Below, piece after piece: positions 19,621 through 28,236 of a stretch of 33,950 nucleotides of DNA. The notes under the pieces were generated by a model. That model had not been told where the DNA came from. It was given only the letters and a program-made list of their open reading frames with translations, and did no database searches. Every line of letters begins with the position of its first letter. Within the stretch, counting starts at the first letter, position 1. The stretch comes from Candidatus Sulfobium sp. (GTDB taxonomy: Bacteria; Nitrospirota; Thermodesulfovibrionia; Thermodesulfovibrionales; UBA6898), in the NCBI GenBank assembly GCA_037380845.1, contig JARRRI010000056.1, positions 1 through 33,950 on the forward strand, read 5' to 3'. The position numbers and the translations under genes are program-made.

Positions 19621-19879
19621 GAGACCTCTCCTCCATGATTTTTTCCATATCCCGCAAGGAGCACCTCCCCGTCAGCTCACCAGGCTGTACCATGCGGCAA
19701 AGCAGCAGATCAGTCGGCCGCGATTTAAGAGAAATCCTCTCGATCCGTAACGTCATAATCTGTGAAAATTTCAGGCTAGTCAAGTTAAGTTTTTTTAATG
19801 TTTTATTTTCGGAGGCTGCGTTCCGGGGTCCCCGGGGAACACTCAAACCCGCATATTGCATATAATAAAGAGGACACTA

Positions 19880-20404
19880 ATGTCAGCCAACGATCCGGAG
19901 CAATTAATAGTTCACTTGCCCCCGGGCACGGCAATTCCGTGCAGGGCCTGGCGGCCCGGACCTCACACCGACTTTCTGGTGAGAGAGGATTCAGGGGTCA
20001 TAAACGACCTCAGTGACTCCTCCATCGTACTCAGACACGGCCTGTTTCTGACCGGGGAGGTAGCCTTGGTGCCGGTCATGTTCCGGATCGGCCCCGACGA
20101 TGATAGATTGTTTGAAACGTGGTTCAACTACCATGGCGGCGAGGCGGGCCCTTCTCACTTCCGCGATCTCGGGACTCAGGAGAACATCCATTTTCACCTT
20201 TACGGGGACAGCAGGACCAGGGAAAAGACCCTGGCCATAATCAACAACTCAAAAAATTTTTTCAGGAAGGCCGTTGCCCTCATAATACACATCGAACCGT
20301 GGACGGAAGACGAGTTCGACAGGGCCAGGGCGCAAATCTTTCACAGGCATCCTTCCCCTGATTCCCTCTGGAAAAATCTGTTCTCGGAAAGCGGAAGGCG
20401 ATAG
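19880..20404 (+). CDS. Hypothetical protein
   Basis: ATG 19880 behind GAGG with TATAAT just upstream; normal codon composition; no recognised motif. Confidence 0.7.
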   Translation: MSANDPEQLIVHLPPGTAIPCRAWRPGPHTDFLVREDSGVINDLSDSSIVLRHGLFLTGEVALVPVMFRIGPDDDRLFETWFNYHGGEAGPSHFRDLGTQENIHFHLYGDSRTREKTLAIINNSKNFFRKAVALIIHIEPWTEDEFDRARAQIFHRHPSPDSLWKNLFSESGRR

Positions 20405-20693
20405 AAGGTTTCTTCTGATATTTCCAGCCAGCCGGCTATGACGGGCCTGCAACCGGTCTTTCTCTTTCTGGCGCAAAATAAGATATTTATCAAGGGAAAG
20501 GAGAAACAAGTGAAAGCGGTAAGCGGTATTGTTCATTCATAGCGCAGGGTAACATATTTTCGCTTAAATAAAATCAAGGTGACCTTTGGTAAAGTAATTT
20601 TCTTCAAAAACAAAACCAGACGAGACCGCTCGGACAAGAGTGCGAAAAATACTTGACAATGGCGTCGGAGCAAGAAGGCGGGAAGGGAAATTT

Positions 20694-22345
20694 TCACCTG
20701 AAATCTTTCAGATATTTTTCGGCTCCCTTCGGGTCGTGGAAAACGGACTCCTCGAGCCTTTTGAACCTCATCATTCTTTCCTTGTCAAAATGGCCGGCCT
20801 TTTCTTTCATCAGGCCGATTTGCCCGTACGCCCGGTCGGCCCGCCTCAAGGCATCCCGGTATTTTAAGGGGTCTGTCTTTATAGAGAAATCCCCCGGGGC
20901 CTTCCATTTGTCCCTCATAAAGAACCACGAGGCAAAATCGACGAGCTTTGAGCCCTGAAGGGGGACGATCCGGGTGGTGTTCCTGAGACCCACGATGCGG
21001 AGACCGTTTTTGTCAGCCACGATCTTCTGCGTCCCTTTAAAGGGGAGCGAGCCCTGATCGTCCCTGACTGGTCCTTCATTAATATGGGCGGGCTCTGTAT
21101 GCCGTAATAAAGGGAATACTTCTTGAAGGGGTTCGGCCTGCCACCGACTTCCCCGGGCCCCCAGATCGTGAGCTGATACCCCCTCAGCTCGCTTATATGG
21201 CAGGTGGCGCAATCCATATCTTTATGTATGCTCCTTGCCAGGGCGTCTTCAGCCTCGATATGGCAGTCCTGGCAGGTGGCCTTCCTGATCATGTCGCCCA
21301 TACCTTTCGGGCCCATAAGATGGCAGTCCGTGCACTGTATTCCCTTTGTGTAATGGACATCGGGTTTCATGCCCTCGGGGACCGAGTAAGATCCTCCAAG
21401 GTAAGTTTCGCCTCTTCGGCTCTGCATGGCACCGGTGTGGCAGATGCTTGTGCCACGGCCGTCGCCCGCGCAGCTTTCAGCCGGTGGCTTTCTGACAAAA
21501 TTATGCACCCCGTTTTTTCTGTTTGGGGCGTAATGGCAATCAAGACAGCCCGCATGGCATACGTTACAGAACTTCTGCTTCAGCTCCGCCTGTCTGCGGG
21601 TAAAATTAACATTTAACTCCGCTGCTATTTTTTCGGTGTTCGCATAATCGAGGCCGCTTCCGTCGATCCTTTCTGCGGGTTGCAGGTCGGCAAAGGAGGG
21701 GCCGCAATTGTGGGGCCCGTAAGGCTCAAGCCAGCTCTTCATGGTGCGCTGCCTGCGGTTGGAGCCCATGTCCGTAATCTCAAACTGTTTAAGCTGGTCC
21801 TGATGACAGGAGGGTTTTGCGCAGGTCTTTTCGGCGATTGCCGGGTCAAAATTCAAGGTCTCCGGGTTCCTGTCGTGCCAGAGGAGGTTCCTCACCTGCG
21901 GGTTTACATACACCTTGCCGTTGTACTTCACCTTGGGCAGAAGCTGCCTTATGCCGGCCGGGCCGGTGGGCAGGAGGGCGCCGGAAAACACGTCCCTCCT
22001 GTTTAAAACGTTCCCGTCATACCCGATGAAAAGCGCCTTCAGCATGCCCTTGTGTGCCTGGTCCGCTTTCCCGGCCCTGCCGTTTCCAAGATGGCAGTCC
22101 CGGCACGTCACGTTCTGATGGTGACTCTGCCTGGCGACCATCTCAGGGGTGACATAAAGCTGGGGGTAACCGAGCGATGCCATCTCTTCTCTGTTTCCAT
22201 GACATGCCACGCACCCGGCACTCGAGTTCACCCACGCCTTGTATCCGGAAGCAGCGATCACGAGAAAAAACTGGAGGGCAAGAAAGCCAAGAACAACTTT
22301 CTTAGTAAAGATCCTTTTAATATGGCCGGAATTGAAAACCTTCAC
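20694..22345 (-). pseudogene. Multiheme cytochrome c interrupted by a frameshift/internal deletion near 21067
   Basis: N-terminal anchor, 7 CxxCH plus CAKPSCH up to PPILMKDQ; protein-like sequence resumes in another frame (RDDQGSLPFKG...DFASWFFMRDKWKAPGDF) ending at 20694. Confidence 0.75.
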
Positions 22346-22450
22346 GCTGGCCTTCTTATAAACCTAACATATCGGGGGCGTTCTTCTCAAATCGGCCTGC
22401 GCTACGGAGCCAATCTGTGATTTCCCGATACGGAACAATCTTCGGCAAGA

Positions 22451-22690
22451 TGTCGAAAAACTCCTGATCGCCTCTCAGGTCAAGTCTGTCATTCTCGCAG
22501 GCCCCGACCAAGTCGGGACGGGCTCCGCGCACCTGCCGGCAGGCAGGTCGGAAATCCTTTCTGAAAACAAAGAATGTTTCCCGTGAAGGTCGGGACAGGC
22601 CGGACGGGCCGGAATGACGGAAGAAGTGGATATCATGAAATTTCAATTTTGAGACACGTTCCGGAAAACGTGTAAAAAAATTTTTCGACA
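22451..22690. repeat. Composite REP/MITE-like intergenic element
   Basis: Outer inverted repeat TGTCGAAAAA (22451-22460)/TTTTTCGACA (22681-22690); inner GTCATTC...GAATGAC pair; CCTGCCGGCAGGCAGG palindrome at 22532-22547. Confidence 0.6.
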
Positions 22691-22694
22691 GGCG

Positions 22695-22997
22695 CTAAAG
22701 CACAATTACCACATCCGATTCGCTGCTCATAAGGGCATTGTCGAATTGGCTTCCACGTGTTATTTCCGCGGGGAGCGGTCCTGTCTTTACATTCTCCTTT
22801 TCAGCGCTGTGAGTGCAAAACGCCATCCGGACCCTTTCGAGCCTGCAGAGGCCCGAATACTCCGGTTTTTCCAGAAACCTTGTGCCGGAGTCCATCGCAA
22901 ATATGCTGACCTCATGCCCCCGTAAAAGCGCCTCGTTTGTAATGCCGACCACATCTTCGAGACATTTATCCGTGTTGACGAGTATGCCGAGTTTCAT
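22695..22997 (-). CDS. DsrE/TusD-like sulfur-relay protein
   Basis: MKLGILVNTD...GHEVSIFAMDSGTRFL...FCTHSA...GSQFDNALMSSESDVVIVL; RBS AAGGAGG. Confidence 0.85.
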   Translation of the reverse strand: MKLGILVNTDKCLEDVVGITNEALLRGHEVSIFAMDSGTRFLEKPEYSGLCRLERVRMAFCTHSAEKENVKTGPLPAEITRGSQFDNALMSSESDVVIVL

Positions 22998-23023
22998 CTT
23001 AAGCACCTCCTTTAAATTCTTAT

Positions 23024-23220
23024 TATCCCGCTTTGTCCGTAAATCTCACGTCATGGCGAAAGGACATAGCGTTTGAGCGCCTGCCTGCCGGCAGGCAGGG
23101 CTTTACTTGGCCGATACTCAGACAGTGTGTATCCTGAAGTAAAGAGTGCAAGTTGCTCGTAGCGAAGCGAGAATGAGGGAAAATACTGTGTCCTTTCGTC
23201 TCCTCCACGTCTACCATGAA
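23024..23220 (-). repeat. Hairpin repeat element, copy 1 (MITE-like), carrying an inserted 20-bp palindrome
   Basis: Reverse complement closely matches 27961-28140 (shared GTGGAGGAGACGAAAGGACACAGTATTTTCCCTCATTCTCGCTTCGCTACGAG); extra CCTGCCTGCCGGCAGGCAGG at 23080-23099. Confidence 0.85.
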
Positions 23221-23378
23221 ATCACCCTGTCGCTGGCCTCTATCATGTCCAGAAGAAGGGAGTAATCCTTGCCTCCCCTGAGGTCGAAAATAACAATTTC
23301 GTTGCCCTTTTCCTGTTCCCTCATGAAATCTTCCACCGTGCCGTCGGGTCCGCCGTGAAAAATGTAAAGTATCTTCAT
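23211..23378 (-). CDS. DsrH/TusB-like small protein, 55 aa (not in ORF track)
   Basis: GGAGG RBS; MKILYIFHGGPDG...DYSLLLDMIEASDRVISW*; the C-terminal DY..L..I...D.VISW pattern is DsrH-like. Confidence 0.75.
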   Translation of the reverse strand: MKILYIFHGGPDGTVEDFMREQEKGNEIVIFDLRGGKDYSLLLDMIEASDRVISW

Positions 23379-23398
23379 TTCACCTCCATCCTTCCTGT

Positions 23399-23643
23399 TC
23401 AGTACGGCAATACGTGGTCATACACCGGAAGCAAATTTGCGATGTCCCTTGTCGGTATGAATTCAAGTCCGCTGCTGCCTTCCAGATTGGTGTATAATTT
23501 TATTCCCATCTCCTTCATTGTTCCCATGTTCATTATGTTTTCCTGCGAGTCTTCCACAGGCCTGTCCAGGACAAAAACGTCGACGGTATCTTCAAGCAGG
23601 GTCATCCCTAGCGACATCCGCAGCGCCTCTCCCTGCCTGTCCT
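23399..23643 (-). CDS. DsrF/TusC-like protein (5' end lacks a clear start)
   Basis: KDRQGEALRMSLGMTLLEDTVDVFVLD...IANLLPVYDHVLPY; first ATG is at 23617 but family-like residues extend upstream; 23643 is an approximate boundary, not a start codon. Confidence 0.7.
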
Positions 23644-23671
23644 TCGGGATTTTTACTCGGCAGGGAAAGAT

Positions 23672-23716
23672 TTGACTTTAGAGAATGTCCATAACTATAA
23701 TGTGGTTAACTATAAT
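23672..23716 (+). promoter_or_regulatory. Sigma70 promoter and direct repeat in the divergent dsrF/yeeE intergenic region
   Basis: TTGACT (23672-23677), 18 nt, TATAAT (23696-23701); TAACTATAAT occurs twice (23692-23701, 23707-23716). Confidence 0.55.
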
Positions 23717-23840
23717 TAAATAAAGACGGTTTTGAGGTAACACAGCTTTTCGTGGGACGTAAAGAGGAGGTACGGGCGCTATTCGTATTTTCTACGTTGT
23801 TTTCACCCAGTTTGCGGCCGGCCTGGCGCTTGGCGCAATA

Positions 23841-24935
23841 ATGTACAGGTCCGACTTCTGTATTGCAGGGGCGTTCCGGGACATTTTCCTGTTCAGGGAT
23901 TATCTCAGGCTGAGGGCCCTACTACTTCTGGTTGCCCTCCTGGCCTTTTCTCTTTACCTGATGAGATCTTTTCAGGTCATATCCACCTATCCCCCATCTT
24001 TCTTTGGCATGCCCTCGGCCGCGAGCCTGCTGGGAGGGTTCCTGTTCGGCGCAGGCATGGTACTCGGCGGCGGTTGCCTGCTCGGCACCCTATACAAGCT
24101 TGGCGGGGGGAGTATGGCGAGCGCCATTACTTTTTGCGGCGTACTTTTCGGGGGAATAACCTCGGCTGCGCTCTATCCCTTTGTTCGCTCCTTCGTGTAT
24201 GCGACCGCCCTTTTTTCATCGAAAACCGCCCTGGAACATATAATCGGGAGCGCCGCGATCCCCGTGTTTGCGGCCTCTCTCGTAATGATGGTTCTTGCGT
24301 GGAGATGGACAGGACAAAGAACGCGGCCGCAAAGGGCTGTCTATGCCAGGGGATATCTCGCCCCGTGGAAGGCGGCCTTCATGATGGCCGCAGTCATCAC
24401 GGCATTATTGGCCCTTTCCGGAAGGCCTCCTGCGGTAAACATGGGATTTGAGAAACTTTCCGGTATTCTGAGCGCAGCTGTGTTGCCGTCCGTCGCGGGA
24501 AAGATATCCTATTTCCATATCCAGTCACCGAGACTTCTTTACGGCAGCATAATGGATGGCGGGGCCGGTCCTGTTATGGATTCCATTGCTATTTCCCAAC
24601 TCCCTCTGATGGCAGGTATTGCCGGCGGCTCCCTTATATCTTCTTTAAGGCTCAGGGAATTTAGAATAAAACGTTTGCCCCCCGCCAGGCAGGCTTTTTC
24701 GGCCTTTGCCGGGGGAATGCTAATGGCGGCCGGGGCGTTTATGGCCGGGGGCTGTAACCTCTGGCATATGATCGGCGGTCTGCCGGTGCTGGCGCTCCAG
24801 AGTATCCTTTTTGTTTTCGGTATTGCAGGCGGTTCATATCTGGGGACCGCCTTCCTTAAAAAACAGATTCTCGAAGGGTGGAAGAAGGGAGGGTTGCAAT
24901 GGAAAACACGGCTGAAGACATCGTCCTTGACATAA
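23841..24935 (+). CDS. YeeE/YedE (TsuA-like) sulfur-compound transporter 1
   Basis: YRSDFC, LFGAGMVLGGGC, AFMAGGCN (three family Cys motifs); the first TM helix is encoded in frame upstream of ATG 23841. Confidence 0.9.
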   Translation: MYRSDFCIAGAFRDIFLFRDYLRLRALLLLVALLAFSLYLMRSFQVISTYPPSFFGMPSAASLLGGFLFGAGMVLGGGCLLGTLYKLGGGSMASAITFCGVLFGGITSAALYPFVRSFVYATALFSSKTALEHIIGSAAIPVFAASLVMMVLAWRWTGQRTRPQRAVYARGYLAPWKAAFMMAAVITALLALSGRPPAVNMGFEKLSGILSAAVLPSVAGKISYFHIQSPRLLYGSIMDGGAGPVMDSIAISQLPLMAGIAGGSLISSLRLREFRIKRLPPARQAFSAFAGGMLMAAGAFMAGGCNLWHMIGGLPVLALQSILFVFGIAGGSYLGTAFLKKQILEGWKKGGLQWKTRLKTSSLT

Positions 24936-25150
24936 GAGGACAGATATGTCCGGCATGCCTGCTGATAACCCTGAGTGAGCTGAATAGCAACCGGGAAAGG
25001 CTGACGGGGGCAAAGGCCAGGCTTGTTGTCAAAACAGACCACCGGGACGCTACAAGGACCATACCGGGCGCGGCCCTCGCCATGGGGTACGGCGTGACGG
25101 TCGTTCAGAAAGAGAGGCATTACGAGATAACCCTGGAGCATAAAGAATGA
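24899..25150 (+). CDS. TusA-family sulfur carrier with CPxC motif
   Basis: LDIRGQICPACLL...VKTDHRDATRTIP...MGY; overlaps both neighbouring genes. Confidence 0.85.
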   Translation: MENTAEDIVLDIRGQICPACLLITLSELNSNRERLTGAKARLVVKTDHRDATRTIPGAALAMGYGVTVVQKERHYEITLEHKE

Positions 25151-26442
25151 GCGGAACCGGCGAATTCCTGGAAGCGGACCTGAGGGCAAGCAATGAAGGC
25201 CTGAAAAAATACATCAGGGACAAGGTAAACCACCTCCTTTCCGTTATGGGCACGAAACCCCTCTGCGAGGAGGAGCTGGACGACAATACCCTGATAGAAC
25301 TCGACCCGATAGGAATAATAGCGCTTTCGTTCGAACAGATACTGGAGCATCAGAAAGAGACAAACAGGCGGCTCACCGTCGCAAAGGACCAGTTGCAGGC
25401 AGTCTTTGACACCGCCGGGGTCTGCATATCGATAATCGACGGGGACATGAGGATCGTAAACTGCAACGAAAAGCAGAAAGATCTCCTCGTCTCCCCAAAT
25501 ACAGACGTAATCGGAAGGCACTGCTACGAGATTTACTGCGGCAAGGACTCGCCGAGCCTGGGCTGCCCGGCCGTTGAAACCCTCGCCACGGGCAAACCGG
25601 TCTTTATCCGTGAGGTGGAAAAAAAGAACAGGCATTTCCAGATAGTGACGTCCCCGCTGAAGGACGAAGACGGCAAGGTCACGGGCGTAATCGAGGTCTC
25701 GATAGACGTGACCGAAAAGAAGAAAGCGGAGCAGCTCATGCGCCAGGCCGAAAAGCTCACGGCGATAGGGCTACTGGCCGGCGGCATAGCCCATGAGCTG
25801 AATAACCCGCTCGGCAACATCATCGGTTACGCTACGCTGCTCCTGAAGGACAAGCAATCCGGCCTGGGGCCGGAGCACAGGGAGAAGCTTGAGGTAATCG
25901 TGGAACAGGCGAAAAAAGGCAGCGAGATCATAAGGGGGCTTCTGGATTTCTCTCGTCAGTCCGTCCCCTCGTTTTCAGACGTGCCCTTGAATGAAATTAT
26001 CAGGAAAACCGTCCGCACCCTCCAAAACAGAATTAGTTTGCAGAAGATAAGAATCGATACCGAGCTTGCCGAAAAGCCGATTGTACGGGCGGACCCGCGC
26101 CAAATCGAGCTTGTTGTACTGAACCTGCTCCTTAATTCGGTCCAGGCCTTTGAAGGAATAGACAGGAAAGACAAGGTCATCTCGATAAAAACCGGCCGTG
26201 AAAATAATTTCTATGAGGTCCGGATAGCGGATAACGGACCCGGAATACCTGAAGAGATACTTCCCGGCATATTCGACCCTTTTTTCACCACAAAACCTAT
26301 CGGTAAAGGAGTGGGGCTGGGGCTGTCGATCTGTTCGGGCATCATCAGGGAGCATAAGGGCTCAATTCGTGTCAGCAGCGAGATCGGGAAAGGCACTGAA
26401 TTCATCTTTACGCTTCCGGCGGCAGTGTCCAAAACCGGCTAG
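25147..26442 (+). CDS. Soluble PAS-domain sensor histidine kinase
   Basis: PAS (HCYEIYCG...GCP), H-box GIAHELNNPL, N-box NLLLNS, DNGPGI, FDPFFTTK, GLGLS; no TM helix; ATGA overlap with tusA. Confidence 0.93.
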   Translation: MSGTGEFLEADLRASNEGLKKYIRDKVNHLLSVMGTKPLCEEELDDNTLIELDPIGIIALSFEQILEHQKETNRRLTVAKDQLQAVFDTAGVCISIIDGDMRIVNCNEKQKDLLVSPNTDVIGRHCYEIYCGKDSPSLGCPAVETLATGKPVFIREVEKKNRHFQIVTSPLKDEDGKVTGVIEVSIDVTEKKKAEQLMRQAEKLTAIGLLAGGIAHELNNPLGNIIGYATLLLKDKQSGLGPEHREKLEVIVEQAKKGSEIIRGLLDFSRQSVPSFSDVPLNEIIRKTVRTLQNRISLQKIRIDTELAEKPIVRADPRQIELVVLNLLLNSVQAFEGIDRKDKVISIKTGRENNFYEVRIADNGPGIPEEILPGIFDPFFTTKPIGKGVGLGLSICSGIIREHKGSIRVSSEIGKGTEFIFTLPAAVSKTG

Positions 26443-26456
26443 AAAGGAGGGCCTTT

Positions 26457-27803
26457 TTGTTCAGGGTTCTTGTAGTCGAGGACGATTTGAGGATGAGGGG
26501 CCTCATAAAGGAGCTCCTTGAAAAGCAGGGCTACAGCGTCACGTCCAGCCCTGATGGAAGGAATGCCGTTTTGCTTATCAAAGAGCACGCCTTTGATGTC
26601 ATCCTTACGGACCTGAAAATGCCGGACCTCGACGGGATGGACGTCCTGTCCTGCGCAAGAGAGGAAAGTCCCGGTACGCCAGTTGTCATGTTCACGGGTT
26701 ATGCGACGGTCAATTCCGCCGTTGAGGCCATGAAAAAAGGGGCCTATGACTACATAGAGAAACCTTTTGAACCCGATATCCTCCTGCTTACGGTAAAGAG
26801 GGCGGCGGAATACCACAGGCTGGTCGATGAGAACCTGAAACTCTCGATCAAGCTTGAAAGGTCTTTCGGTCTTGATTTTGTAGCTTCAACCAGGGCGATG
26901 ACGGAGCTTAAGAAGATGGTGGAGAAAGTGGCCCCGCTGGACACGACGGTGCTTATACAGGGGGAAACCGGGACGGGGAAGGAGATGATCGCGAAGCTCA
27001 TACACAGGCTCAGCCCCAGGGTTGAAGAAAAATTTCTGCCGATAAATTGCGGCGCTCTTCCCGACACGCTGATAGAGGCCGAGCTTTTCGGATATGAAAA
27101 AGGCTCTTTTACAGGCGCTTCCGGTCAGAAGAAAGGGCTCTTCGAGGCGGCCAACGGGGGTACGATCTTCCTTGACGAGATAAACAACGCTTCCCATTCT
27201 CTTCAGATAAAATTGCTCAGGGTATTGCAGGAGGGAAACTTCATGAGGGTGGGCGGCGTTGAGCCGATAACGGTAAACGTGCGCGTGATCGCCGCCTGCA
27301 ACGCAGACCTCGCTAAAGAGGCACAGGAAGGGCGGTTCAGGAAGGACCTGTTTTATCGCCTTAATATAATCACCCTGTCAGTCCCGCCCCTGAGGGACAG
27401 AAAGAACGATATCCCCTGCCTTGCCCACCATTTTCTTTCCAAGTACCGCAAACGGTTCTCGAAAGAAATAACTTCCTTCTCTCCGGAGGTCATGACGGCG
27501 TTGGCTGAATATCCCTGGCCGGGAAACGTCAGGGAACTGGAAAACTGTATGGAACACGCTGTCGTAATCGAAAACTCAAAAGAGATAACCCTTAGGTCTA
27601 TACCAAAAGAAATTCTTAGAACCAAACACAGGGCTGATCCTTTCGAGCAGCCCGGCGTCTTCAGGCTTGAGGAAACGGAAAGGTTGCTCATACAAAAGGC
27701 TCTACTGGCATTTGACGGCCAAAAGGCTAAAGCGGCCGAAGCCCTCGGCATTAGCGTCACAACGCTTTGGAGAAAATTGAAGAAGCTGAACCTGGAAGAC
27801 TGA
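26457..27803 (+). CDS. Sigma54-dependent response regulator (NtrC/AtoC family)
   Basis: Receiver domain, GETGTGKE, ELFGYEKGSFTGA, FLDE, FRKDLFYRL, WPGNVRELEN, Fis-type HTH. Confidence 0.95.
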   Translation: MFRVLVVEDDLRMRGLIKELLEKQGYSVTSSPDGRNAVLLIKEHAFDVILTDLKMPDLDGMDVLSCAREESPGTPVVMFTGYATVNSAVEAMKKGAYDYIEKPFEPDILLLTVKRAAEYHRLVDENLKLSIKLERSFGLDFVASTRAMTELKKMVEKVAPLDTTVLIQGETGTGKEMIAKLIHRLSPRVEEKFLPINCGALPDTLIEAELFGYEKGSFTGASGQKKGLFEAANGGTIFLDEINNASHSLQIKLLRVLQEGNFMRVGGVEPITVNVRVIAACNADLAKEAQEGRFRKDLFYRLNIITLSVPPLRDRKNDIPCLAHHFLSKYRKRFSKEITSFSPEVMTALAEYPWPGNVRELENCMEHAVVIENSKEITLRSIPKEILRTKHRADPFEQPGVFRLEETERLLIQKALLAFDGQKAKAAEALGISVTTLWRKLKKLNLED

Positions 27804-27840
27804 GCCGTCTTACGCTTCTCGCTGCCCCTCACCGGAAGTA

Positions 27841-27871
27841 TTTCAAAATGAAAACTTTTTGCATATTGAAA
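27841..27871 (+). promoter_or_regulatory. Tandem palindromic upstream activator sites (putative enhancer for the sigma54 regulator)
   Basis: TTTCA-AAA-TGAAA (27841-27853) and TTGCA-TAT-TGAAA (27859-27871). Confidence 0.6.
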
Positions 27872-27960
27872 TGAACTAATCTGCCATTCCGGCCTTTCCC
27901 GACCTTCGCGAGGAATTCCCTCCGGAAACAAGATTCCAAAAGTGCTTGCAGTAATTGTCC

Positions 27961-28140
27961 TAACCCGGATTATTCATGGAAATGTGGAGGAGACGAAAGG
28001 ACACAGTATTTTCCCTCATTCTCGCTTCGCTACGAGGAACTTGCCCTCTTTACTTCAGTTACATACTGCCTGAGTATCGGGCAGGTAAAGCCTCTCAAAC
28101 ACTATGTCCTTTCGTCATATCGCAGAATTTATGAACATGC
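27961..28140 (+). repeat. Hairpin repeat element, copy 2 (MITE-like)
   Basis: Homologous to 23024-23220; internal inverted repeat GACGAAAGGACACAGT (27992-28007)/ACTATGTCCTTTCGTC (28101-28116), 15/16 match. Confidence 0.85.
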
Positions 28141-28151
28141 TTACCCCTGTC

Positions 28152-28168
28152 CTGGCATCCCGCTTGCT
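28152..28168 (+). promoter_or_regulatory. Sigma54 (-24/-12) promoter
   Basis: CTGGCATCCCGCTTGCT: GG (28154-55), 10 nt, GC (28166-67); next to a sigma54 activator gene. Confidence 0.8.
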
Positions 28169-28236
28169 GTTTACGAATCGATAAACCCCATTTTTCAAAA
28201 AAATAAATAGACGGGGTTTCCGGGGAGGTAATAAGT

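Noticed and set aside
20249..20867. Short ORFs in the 20.4-20.7 kb gap (95 aa minus, 75 aa plus)
   Set aside because: They overlap real genes antisense, lack an RBS and have no motifs; more likely AT-rich intergenic DNA
23023..23217. 64-aa ORF, and 96-aa ORF at 22356-22646
   Set aside because: They lie mostly within non-coding repeat elements
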